36,909 nt of DNA from positions 1-36,909 of the forward strand of contig NW_014569468.1 in the NCBI RefSeq assembly GCF_000743755.1, given 5' to 3'. Made by a program: the position numbers and the translations under genes. The notes beneath the pieces were generated by a model. It ran no database searches. It worked only from the letters and a program-made list of their open reading frames with translations, and was not told the DNA's origin. This stretch comes from Blastocystis sp. subtype 4. Lineage: Eukaryota. Positions 1 to 10,652 of the stretch are shown here, one piece after another; position 1 is the stretch's first letter; each line of letters begins with the position of its first letter.

Positions 1-1560
1 TTATTGTATGATCGAAATGGAATGATTGAATATGAAGGACTATTCAAAGATGATGTTGTTATTGATGTTAATGATGATATGAGAATGAAATGGATTGATA
101 AGAACACATTAGTTCTGTTTGGTTGTGTTGAATCTCTGATTATTGCTGATCGTTTCAATCCTGATATATCATCATTGATATTGAACAATTCATTGATATC
201 ATTGAAACAAATTGAGGTTGGAAATGATTGTTTTGCGAATGTGAATCGATTTGTGATTGATGGATTGAATGAATTGGACAGAATCATCATTGGACAGAAT
301 AGCATGAAACTTGAGAAAGTCAAGAATAAAGGAAGCTCATGTTTGATAATGAATTGTGATCAATTGAGACAAATCTATATTGGTTGCAATTCATTATATT
401 GGTATGAATCATTTGAATTGAAGAATCTTCCTTCTCTCATATCCATTCAATTTAACAAATATACATTCATGAATTGTCATACAATAGAATTCTATAGTAA
501 GAATGATGAATGAATAATGATGAGATCTGACTCGACTTCAATCCATCATTCTTGGATATGATGCTCTTGCTGGTGATTTATGTACTGCTCAATCTAATTC
601 TTGGATAATGAAGAGTATGAATGATAGTGATGATTGATTGATCAGATCTTCCTTCTCTATCTTTAATCAGGGGATATGGTGAGAATCTGAAATATATAGC
701 GAAAGTGAAATTGGAGAGTGGCGATTGATAATTGAATTTGAATTAGACATTTCATCACTATCTCAAGATGGAATAATGATGGATACTACATTTAGTGAAG
801 TGAAAGAATTAGTCTGTTCAAGTATGATTCATTGTTTTATAAGAAGGAGATGCTGACTCTCTTGAATACTACATCACCGTCAACAGTCATGTATATCCTT
901 CTGATCACTTGTTGTCTCTTCATCCATCAGTATTCTGGATATTAAGATCCGCTCAAATGGAACAGATATCTAGTTCTGTTGAATCGATTGTGATTCAAAG
1001 TGATGTTGGAAATAGCACACCATCATTCAATCTCTCCAATCTTCCTTCTCTTATCACTGTAGTGATAGGGAATGATGCATTCAAACAATGTCGTTCAATA
1101 GTATTTGAGAGTATGAATGATTGAATGAATGATGAATGAGATCTGACTCAACTTCAATCCATCATTATAGGATCACACACTTTTCAAGGAATTAATTATC
1201 AGCCAATTGTTTATAGTGTGAAGAAAGAAAATGAATTGATAATGAGAAGTATGAATGAGAAAGATATTGATAGATTAGATCTCCCTGCTCTAACTCTATT
1301 CAAAGGAAAAGGCAATTTCTTGAATATAGGCAAAGTTACAATCGAGAGTGATTATTGATAATGGAATCTGAATTAGACATTCCATCACTTACTTCACAGG
1401 GAATTATAATGGAAGAGTATGTATCTGGAACTAACCGCTTTACTGCTTTTTCGGATGTGAAAGAATTGGTCTGTTCAAGTATGAGGAGTTGGTAGTATTT
1501 TCAATAGATTCTGCTCTTGATCGTTGTATTCAGCAGAATAGTCGGTATTTGCAAAGGTAG
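1..1560 (+). CDS. 5'-partial multi-exon gene of a MORN-like/leucine-rich-repeat-like family (repeated 'LPSLxSI' units)
   Basis: ORFs 4..513 and 909..1124 are joined by ~28-31 nt introns (e.g. 497-524, 1111-1140). Starts with a MORN-like tail YDRNGMIEYEGLFKDD, followed by repeats NLPSLISIQF / NLTRLQSIIL / DLPSLSLI. Stop TAG 1558-1560; TGTTTGTT at 1641-1648. Confidence 0.7.
421..1490 (+). repeat. Internal tandem duplication (~620-660 nt unit) including introns
   Basis: Near-identical pairs: gagatctgactcgacttcaatccatcatt (~522) / gagatctgactcaacttcaatccatcatt (~1138); aattagacatttcatcact (741) / aattagacattccatcact (1371); gtgaaagaattagtctgttcaagtatga (~800) / gtgaaagaattggtctgttcaagtatga (~1457). 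Confidence 0.8.
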
Positions 1561-1948
1561 AAGTCATGATCACAACAATAATTTTAGAATAGTTGATATA
1601 ATGATAGTAGTAGTGTTAAGAGATGACGAACTGTCCAAATTGTTTGTTGAATGATAAACTGATTCACAACACTGTATACATATTCTTCACATAGCATAAA
1701 ACCTAACTGTTAACTAGCACGACTGATGTGGTTATTAGATGCCTTGGAGAATCGATTATTTTGATTCTATTGAAACCATCACATTAACGGATTCAAGTTA
1801 CGGGGAAACAGCATACTCTCTCAACAACAATGAATTGCGCCATTCGCAATTCGTTTCTCTCTTACGGACTGCGATTCTTTGATATCTCTTTTGTTACAGA
1901 AGTTTGCATTCTTTTCCCGCTATTTAGTTGGTTTCTTGGAGTTGGTAC

Positions 1949-4515
1949 ATGCCTTTAGGTATTTGTTTATTAGGAGTGTTCATTCTATTTAGTGAATCGT
2001 AAAAAGCCAAACAGTAAACAAGGAAAAAAGATTGGACCACCAAGTAGAGACATTTTGTAATGCTTTCTTTATAGAGCCCAAATCAATGATTATTGAAAGT
2101 GAATCAAGCGATAGTTTCTCTGATGCAGATGAAGAGGATCAAAAAGACTATCGTGTTGGTGGTTATCATCCAGTAGAAGTCTTGCACTCTAAATACTCGT
2201 AATACGTAGATTGGTGAAGTTTATGCAGAGAAATATAAGGTGTTGTGTAAGATGGGATGGGGACAGTATTCAACTGTCTGGCTTGCTCGTAACTTGATGA
2301 CAAACAATTTATATGCACTTAAGATACAAAAGAGTGCTACATCGTACATGGAAGCTGCACAAGATGAGCTTCGACTCTTCACTGAAGTAATGAATCAGAT
2401 TCATGAAATCAAATTATCAAACCCAAATGCAGTCATCAATGTGGTGGAACTGATTGATCATTTCCTCTACAACGGTCCAAATGGAATTCACATGTGTTTT
2501 GTTTATGAACGATTAGGAGGAAGTTTATTGGATCTTATCAAGCACTATGATTATCATGGCATTCCATCTTCCATCGTTCGTCTTTTAGTGCGCGATGTTG
2601 TCTTATATGTATTGTCTTGACTCATAGATGCTTGAAGGACTCTCATTCCTTCATAGATGTGGGATTATTCATACAGATATCAAACCTGAGAATATTTTGT
2701 TGAAATCTCCATTAGCAGATCCTCCTCCACCAACTAAAACCATGTTTGATCTGGTACAAGAGCAGATTAGTAATCATCCAGACTATTTGTCTTTGAAACA
2801 GCAATGTGAGGATATGAATTTGAGTGCAGTTGAAAGAAAGACATTAAAGACTAAACTGAAGCGTTTAAGAATGAAACTGAAGAAAGGAATTAGTTCCGCG
2901 GGAATTCCAACTTTATGGGGGTTCTTTAATTTCAATATTGAGAAAGAAGAGAATAGGAATTCGGAAGTAACAGAAGAGCCAGTATTTTTGGAATTGCAGA
3001 AATCAGAATGGATTTATCCAGATGATTGTTTTTACATTAAAATGTATGTGATGTGTCCTTTAGCAGTGATTGAGAAAGCATTTGGACCTTGTCATGGATA
3101 TGGTGATGAACAGAGTAAGTGTGTGGAATATGATGAAATATCACTCTCTCATTGTTACTGTTTGATAAACCCTCTCACTCAATCTCTCATTGTCTTCTCT
3201 CATCTACTCACTCATTCCTCTTACTCTCATTCTCTCATTCACTCTCTTATCATTCTCTCACCTACTCATTCTCACTCACCTCATACTCTCATTCTCTCCC
3301 TCATCACTCTCTCACCCCTCACAGATCCACAATACAGTGAATGGACCTTCTCTTTCACTTCCTCTTCTGATTCTGATTCTGATTCTATCAATCGCTTTCA
3401 ACTCCGAGGTCACGGTGTGGATCATCATACTCGCCTTCACACACTTCGTCATATTCTAATGAATACATCTTCGCTCAGTACTCTCCTTCACTCTCTACCA
3501 TGTAGACGATAAGAACGAGCAAATTCTTTGGTCACTTCGATTTGATGGTCGACGAATTCGAGATGTTTTTTGTCATTCCTTTTTTAGCTATTTTATTTGT
3601 AGCTATTCTAGAAACCAAAATCCCTGGGTTTTATGTCATTCATATTCCCAAGCCAATGTATGCACTTTCAGCATATGAGCACACGCTGATTTCAAATTTG
3701 TCGCGGGAATTTCTCCCTCCATCTACGGCAATATTCCGCGATTTGAATGGATTCCCCGCGGGAGTATATGTACCGAAATGTATGGATAAATTTGTCATTT
3801 GAGCACTAGTACGTGAGGATGTGAAACTTCTTCCGTTATCAGAACGCTTGGCAATGTGGCCAACAGCTTCGATGCTAAATAGAGAGTTGAGTGATGATCG
3901 CCGAATTCGAGATTATTTTGGTCCTGGTATAAATCAAGGGTATTTTTAACATCAGATGATGTGATTGGATGCAAGATTGTGGATTTGGGGAATGCTTGCT
4001 TCCATGACAAACAGTTTACCAAAGACATTCAAACACGTCAGTATCGCTGTCCAGAAACTCTTTTGCACACTCCATATTCATACTCAGCGGACATCTGGTC
4101 GATGGCATGTGTAATCTTTGAAATGCTAACAGGCGATTTCCTATTCCAACCGAAGGAACATGGCGATATTTCACGTGATTTAGAGCAATTAGCATTGTTT
4201 GAAGAGGTGATTGGACCAATTCCAATGGCCTTAGCAAAGAGAGGAACACGAAGTGTTCACTTCATCCGAAGTGATGTGATGAATGAAGATGAGAATGAGG
4301 AATAGGGACGATTGAAATACCATAAGTCGTTTGCTGCCCACAAGATTGCGTATCGATTAACAAAGAGTGGAATCACTTCAGAAGAAGCAATGCTGATTGA
4401 AGATCTGTTGCTTAAGATGTTGTGCTTTATGCCAGGTTGGAAATGAGAAGTGAATTTATGGATAGAAGATCGCTGGACAGCAGATGAATGTTTGAAGCAT
4501 CCTTGGTTAAATTAA
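1949..4515 (+). CDS. SRPK: SR-protein kinase (SRPK/Sky1 family) with a long spacer insert
   Basis: Spliced translation gives EDQKDYRVGGYHPVEIGE, KMGWGQYSTVWLA, IIHTDIKPENIL, KIVDLGNAC, DIQTRQYRCPE, and ends TADECLKHPWLN* (TAA 4513-4515). Confidence 0.93.
3115..3324 (+). repeat. 210-nt intron filled with low-complexity CTCA(T/C)T repeats
   Basis: GTAAGT donor at 3115, CAG acceptor at 3322-3324; body almost entirely ctcatt/ctcact/ctct. Removal joins EQ-N-PQYSEW in frame. Confidence 0.7.
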
Positions 4516-4583
4516 TGGAAATTGAACTGTTTGATCGTATTTCACAACAAAACGATAATCCCAGCACATGATCAGAAAAACTA

Positions 4584-5029
4584 CTATTGTCCCTTACGAC
4601 GCCTTACACCTCTATTCTTACAGTCTATACATGTCACTACGAGCTTGATCCCTCGTCATCTTCATCCGAGCCCAAGGTGGATGATAGCACCTCTGCAAGA
4701 TTCAACAAAATGGAAGAAGAAGAGGTCAAAATAGCCGTCATTGCAGCAACTTGAATGCGTTGAAGCTATTGTTGATTCCTAAATACCTCAATTACTTCTT
4801 GTTTACTCATTTTCGCAAATCGGGGAAGCGAATTCATCTTCTTATTCAACATCTCCATCTGGTTCGGTTTCATCACAGATTTTAACTGCATTCGTGGAGA
4901 AAAACCGAATGCCTCTGGTTTTCGTCTATAGCATCACAGAAGATCCCAACATCTCTACACAAGTCGCTGAGCCATTCGGACGGACTGAGAAAAAGCTCTA
5001 GCTGTTCGCATTGTTGCACGAGCGGACAT
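4584..5029 (-). CDS. Small (~105 aa) hypothetical protein with a mitochondrial-type presequence
   Basis: Four 28-35 nt GT-AG introns give MSARATMRTARAFSQSVRMAQRLTKTRGIRFFSTNAMEMLNKKMNSLPRFAKMSKQELQRIQVAAMTAILTSSSSILLNLAEVLSSTLGSDEDDEGSS(SGVRRRKGQ)*. The last intron is less certain (alternative stop at 4637). Confidence 0.65.
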
Positions 5030-5089
5030 GGGATAAACGAAAAAAGAAATGTGGAATGGATCTGGGTTCTCTCAAATAAACACATCCAA

Positions 5090-8000
5090 TCAAGGAAAAT
5101 CAGGATATCGTGTCTCTTTCAAAAGCTGTAAACTCTTTTCTATCTTCAATTCCATTCTCCAATCCTACCTTCTTCTTCCTTCAACGGAATCTCTACAAAT
5201 GGATGCAATTTCATCTCATTCACCACATTCTATTCTTCACACCTCCATCTACCATTTACCTCCAAATTCTGGAAATTCCCTCGAACAGCATCAAACATTG
5301 GAGAACCAAAAACAACCCATGTATTCTTATATGTCCAATGAGTAGATGCTGGCCAAGGTTGAGATGGATTTGACAAGATTCGATGAATCAGTTTCCCTCT
5401 TTCTTTGGCTGTGTATGTTAGCTGTGCACGCTACTGTTCAGGAATTCCATAATTACAAACATTTGTCAGATAACAGGACTCTGGATCAGGAAGACGTAAA
5501 CATCCCCTACGATCTGCAGAAAGACTAAAGAGTCATAAATTCCTTCAATCAATACCTCAAACAGGGATCATTTGAGGTTTGATTGAACCAGTAGACAAGC
5601 TGTCCCCAAATGTAATTACTATGATAACTCTTCTGTGGTAAGGATAAAATCCGATTGGCTTCTGCCAAACGCTCTTCTTCGCTGAGTAATTCCCATTGTT
5701 TCTCTTCCGCGGTTTTTTCAATATAATTGCCAACCCACAAATCCTGTTGATTTGTAGGTGGAAGAGAGGTTAAACGAGGTTGAGGAATCGAAGAATCCAC
5801 TGTCATTCGTTTTCCTTCTCTTAGTTTGTATGTTTCAGCACATGAACATGGAATGTCATATGAGTGGATTCCAATAAAGTCACCCCGAAACGACTCATAT
5901 TCAGTGTATGTGAAGAATGTGGTGGTGTTTCGATACATCAACAGACAATCAGCTGCAGCCAAATGATTGCGATTGCTCATCCCCATTTCATATAAGTGTT
6001 GAATGACTAGAGTTTAAGTCATGTGATCAATTCGAACATTCATCAATCTTCGGCCGAATCGCCATTTTGTGAAGATGATAGTAGGAAGTCCGGTTTAATT
6101 CATTTCGCATTCGCTGAAAGAGTTGGGTACTTAAATCATCCGAACACACGGAACTACCAGCATCCACAATACGTCGAACAATACTATTTCTGGAAAACCA
6201 TAAAAAGTCTAGAATTTCGTCATCATTCCAAATATGCATTGGTTTAATTTGTTCCATTCCAGATTTCTGTCTTTTCAGGAAGTGTTTCACCTTATCCACT
6301 GTGATTGCCAGATTCTGCAATCTGGAGTTATAAACACCTTTACTCTCCATCTATCTCTTATTCTCACTCTATCACTACAATAGCAGCATTGATATCACGA
6401 AAAAGTCTTCGATTTTTGGAATCAGTAAGATTTACAATTTCCCGCGGTAATGCTTCTACTTCAAAGTCAATGTACTGAATCGCCTTCACACACCATTTGC
6501 ATAGCCACTGAGGTGCTCCCTCCAAAATACAACCCTTAATCCCGCGGTTCTGAAGGAATTCCATTTCACTGATAGTAAGTGAATCTGAACACACTTCAAG
6601 CAGAGTGCTGGTACGCCGAAGGAACCCATTGTATTTAAGAAGAACCTGCGTGAAGCTGTGTCTGTCAGAATAATAGAGGAATGAACCACGACAGACTGCA
6701 GATCCACAGAGACATGTAGCCTTCTCAAATTCTTCTTGTGACTCACTTACACAACTATAATCGAACGTAAGCTCTTCACCATAAGCAATGTCTCGAACAG
6801 CCACTCTGGGAATGAATGATCGAATGAATTCATACAGCACAATAGCCAGCTTATCTCGAACAGTGATGGTTGTGGTGGCGCAATTAGGGTCGCAACTATG
6901 ACTCAACCGACTGCCGAAATTGCCGCGAAAAATAGGGTCAATGAAGAGAACATCGTAACCACCAGGAGAAGTAATAGGTCGTTCTAAAATGATATTGTAA
7001 AATTCAGGGAGATTATGGTCCATTTCTAACTCATGCAATTTGATCTTCAATAAATCTTGTTTCTCAAACCAGAGCCATGGTGGATATACCTCACCTAAAT
7101 ATTTACATATTATGGAATTGGCAGAAATACCACCTTTTTTGATACATTGAACTCCTTTGCCTTTGGGATGAATTCGAAAGTGTTCAGGCCCAACAAGTAA
7201 GTACTAGATATGAAATGAACGAGAAAAGAGAATACAGCTTGAAGAAGGAGAATACACACTTCAGTAAACGAATTACGCAGAATAAGGAGAATCATAGTAT
7301 TCCTATGAAAGATAAGCCAAATGGAATGAGAATGGTCAGAAAATCACAAGCAAGCAGAACACGAATCACAATTACATCAACACAATGACAATTCCTTACC
7401 GCAGGTCTGAAGCATAAGCTCCAGGAATTTGAGAAATTGTGGGCAAAAGACAATTCTGAATGAAAGCATTTACAGTATAAGAAGAGATAGAATAATGAGA
7501 TAATATTAACTGAATTAAAGTACGGGAATAACAGTCTATTCCCCAACTGTCTACTAATTTCAAATCTTGGTCCAATTGAAGAGAAGACGTCTCACACAAC
7601 TGATTATGGCAACAACAGGATTCTGCGCCACTATGACACTTTTCGTCACAAGCGCGATTGGCTGCGGCACAAGGACATGACGATTTAAATTTCCATGACA
7701 CATTATCCAGCTCAGCTCGTCCTCCTTCAACACAAGAACAACCCATGCCATCACGAGGATTAACCATCTTTCTCCATACAGATGTTGCCTCTTCTGCATC
7801 TAGAGACTCATTAGGAATATAATCTGAAATCGTTTCATAACAACGAGCTGTGTATGCGCCAAGATGATGATTCTGAGCATAAGGCTCATTATCTTCATTA
7901 ATCAATTCATTCATTGTTGAAAGACTCACACGTTGAATACAATAATCCTTCATAAACCTAATACATTTGTGATAGTGAAGTACAAGAAGTGAATCATGTG

Positions 8001-8642
8001 GGAATGTAGATAAATAAGGATTCATTTTCTGTTCATCATAATAGAACAACTACATGTTAACATGGATTCGAAACAAAACTTCACATTCATTCTCTTGAGT
8101 GGGAACTCTGGATAAGAGGATTTGGATATCAGCATCGAAATACTGTTTTCGACGAGTTGAGACCACTTCAACAGCGCGCTCATCCGTCCCTTCACCAGGA
8201 GATTTTGGAGATCCATCTCCTTCCAAAAACGGGAAAAATTGGAGAAACGAGTGAACATCATCACGAACAAACACATCCCCCTTTATTCCATTCAGCAGTA
8301 TTTGCAGAACGTTCATCTATACATTCATCTACAAGCAAATACAAACTTCCCTCCCAGTCGGAGGAATCGAATGCTCCACTAATTTCAATAATTTGAAAAA
8401 GAGGACCTTTTGGACACTAATTCGCTCCTTCAATTCGTGACTATTCGCATTACAAGCTCGTTTCAGTCATACGCTTTTGATGCCCAAGTATATCGGAGAT
8501 TGTCTTTCTCATGTCCCACATACCAAGGTCTTTCAGGGGCACGAACACAATGCATCTTGGTTGAAGTACCGTTCTTACTTCCCTTTCGCTTCATCCCTTT
8601 CTTCTTCCTTCCAGAATCCGAATCGTCGTCAAACAGGTACAT
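5090..8642 (-). CDS. SET-domain histone methyltransferase, ATXR3/SDG2-like (putative H3K4)
   Basis: LPEFYNIILERP...GYDVLFIDP...GNFGSRLSHSCDPNC...GEELTFDYSCVSESQEE...CLCGSAVCRGSFL. C-terminal WGQLVYWFNQ...SLSADRRGCLRLPD...PWPASTHW...VFGSPMFDAV resembles the ATXR3 C-terminus. N-terminal exons are less certain. Confidence 0.85.
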
Positions 8643-8666
8643 GGAAGCAACAACAAGATGAATGTG

Positions 8667-8674
8667 AACAAACA
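8667..8674 (-). promoter_or_regulatory. TGTTTGTT polyadenylation element (CCCH-Abitram gene)
   Basis: Exact motif 4 nt after an in-frame T. Confidence 0.8.
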
Positions 8675-8678
8675 AATG

Positions 8679-9647
8679 AACCTTCTTGACGTTCTTTAAA
8701 GAAATGAATGTATTCTTGTGCCGTAAGCAACGATTTCTGAATGTTCATAACATCAGTCACTTTCGGAATGAACAAGGCAATAAATCCATCGGTTCGAGGC
8801 TAATTATCATTCATTCAGCTTCTTCTTCACCTTCTGATTTAATAACCACGGTTCCTCTAAAAGACGCGAATTCACTTCTAAAAGACGACCTCGTAGGCAA
8901 CTTTGATTCAGTCGAAATTCATCACATCTTACGCACAAATACTATAGACAGAACCATCATCACATGTAATATCACATAATACCGTTCCTTCTTCCACCCA
9001 AATACCTCCTTTCTTCCGCTTTCCTTGGACTTCATTGTTCAGTAACGGACGATGATCCTTGCCTTTCTAGGTTTCAGAGATTCCAAATACATCAACTCCA
9101 AATGCAACGCCAACACACTTCTTCCCTGCAACAAGAATTTCGTGGCCAAAAGCCAGTCCCACGATACAAATCGTGTTGGAGTGCATACAAATCGATCTAG
9201 GAGAATCAACAATAGGTCAAACTACATGTCGTTGCCCCTACGATTTCCTGTATCCGCTGCAAAGAGCTGTGTGTAGTAACGATCAATCATACAACTCTTT
9301 GAAAGCTTAAAGGAATCTAAATGGACTTCACTGAATACATGCTGAATATCTTCACGGTTCTTTAACGACTGGCGAATTGTACTCTGTTCCCGCAACAAAT
9401 CCTGATTTTCTCGATTCCTTCCAATTTGATCACCAATATCCAATGCTTCTGAGATACTATCTCTCACGTTTCCAACAATACTCTACTCGCCATGAACAAA
9501 GCGACACTTGTCACCATACTGGCAAGATCCCTTCTTTACCCATTCAAAACACAACCGAGTCTTACTAATCTTCTACAGATCAACCAACTCCCATAATGAA
9601 ACGCTTGCTGGGCGTTTTCGATTCTCCTTTGGCTTAGATTCGCTCAT
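8679..9647 (-). CDS. ABITRAM: CCCH zinc finger fused to an Abitram/FAM206A (Simiate; single-hybrid-motif) domain; stop probably completed by poly(A)
   Basis: Spliced: KTRLCFEWVKKGSCQYGDKCRFVHG ... IDRYY ... ICMHSNTICIVGLAFGHEIL ... NEVQGKRKKGG ... LCDITCDDGSVYSICACLRGRLLEVNSRLLEEPWLLNQKPRTDGFIALFIPK, which matches FAM206A motifs. Ends GGT-T, then 4 nt, then TGTTTGTT. Confidence 0.85.
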
Positions 9648-9727
9648 TGAATCGATTCCAATGGAGTTTCAATGAATGGATATTCTGAACACTACAATTA
9701 ATAACAAGTCCCTAATAACCATTGTAG

Positions 9728-9800
9728 GCTCTGTTAGCTCAGTCGGTAGAGCGTCGTGCTTATGTCGCGATGGTCGAGGGTTCGATCCCCTCATGGAGCA
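9728..9800 (+). tRNA. trnI-UAU: tRNA-Ile(UAU), intronless
   Basis: Cloverleaf: acceptor GCTCTGT/ATGGAGC, D-arm GCTC-AGTCGGTA-GAGC, anticodon stem TCGTG/CGCGA with loop CT-TAT-GT, T-arm GAGGG-TTCGATC-CCCTC, discriminator A. Confidence 0.95.
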
Positions 9801-9802
9801 TC

Positions 9803-9808
9803 TTTTTT
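9803..9808 (+). terminator. Pol III oligo-T terminator
   Basis: T6 run 2 nt after the tRNA. Confidence 0.8.
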
Positions 9809-9835
9809 CCTTGATTTCACATTAAGATACTCTCT

Positions 9836-9843
9836 AACAAACA
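9836..9843 (-). promoter_or_regulatory. TGTTTGTT polyadenylation element (FSH1/OVCA2)
   Basis: Exact motif 4 nt after an in-frame T. Confidence 0.8.
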
Positions 9844-9847
9844 CAAC

Positions 9848-10616
9848 AATCCACAAAAGGAAGCAAGAATTGATAAATCTTCTCCTTGATCTCACCATTC
9901 TGAGGAATAAAGTGACCTCCATCATGATATAACACGATTGGATCCAAAAAGCATTTGGCTACTTTCCTAATGCATTATTTGCCTCAATTTCATTCCTACT
10001 CACTACTCTTCGGGTCAACCTTGTCATCCTCCTTTCCTATTAGATGGAGCGTAGAAACACTGATAGATCGATAGTCTAAAAGTTTCTACACATAATCATA
10101 AAGAATCACCTCTCACCTGAATGGAAACATCGGAAGGATAAAAACCACTATAACTGATAACAAACTTAAAGTCTGTTGCAATATCTCCCTTCTCCTGTAA
10201 AGCTACCAAAAACAAGCCCAACCCAGCCCCTTGAGAGAAACCAAGAATGCCATCGAAGGGACCATGTTCTTTATAGCATTTCAAAACATAATCCACAGTG
10301 GACTCAAATTGAGGATACTGTCCTGTTGCTTTGTCCTGAATCCACCATGCCTTCCCAACTTTTCTAGAAGTAATTTCTAAACAAATAACTTACTCGGTTC
10401 CTAGTGAAGGATCAAATCCTTCCATCGAATTCACGGTAATAGGACCATCCAGATAGTCTACAGATTATAAATTTAAAGTGTTGAGCAACAAAATTGAGCA
10501 ATCGATTTCAACTTCCGATGAAGTGCTGGAGTTCGGTCTTTCATAATAGAAGCGTCTTGAAAATAACCGTGAAGGCATAAAATGTTCAATTTCTTGGCTA
10601 TTGTACTTTTGCTCAT
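9848..10616 (-). CDS. OVCA2: FSH1/OVCA2-family serine hydrolase; stop probably completed by poly(A)
   Basis: LNILCLHGYFQD, KAWW, GPFDGILGFSQGA (nucleophile GxSxG), HLIGKEDDKV, HDGGHFIP. Ends GAT-T, then 4 nt, then TGTTTGTT. Confidence 0.9.
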
Positions 10617-10641
10617 GAGAAGAATGACAACCCATCAATCG

Positions 10642-10649
10642 AACAAACA
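10642..10649 (-). promoter_or_regulatory. TGTTTGTT polyadenylation element (zinc-finger gene)
   Basis: Exact motif 4 nt after the TA of a genomic TAA. Confidence 0.8.
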
Positions 10650-10652
10650 TAT

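Noticed and set aside
893..900. ATATCCTT as a possible U12 donor
   Set aside because: Lies in an open coding frame (HVYPSDHLLSLHPS); no intron is needed.
4513..4517. TAATG stop/start overlap after SRPK
   Set aside because: The downstream frame closes after 18 codons; the real neighbour is on the minus strand.
5090..5108. Minus-strand ATATCCTG...TTCCTTGAT as a U12 intron extending the SET gene
   Set aside because: Imperfect donor, and the branch-like motif sits next to the donor rather than an acceptor; an ordinary TGA followed by a GU-rich tract explains the end.
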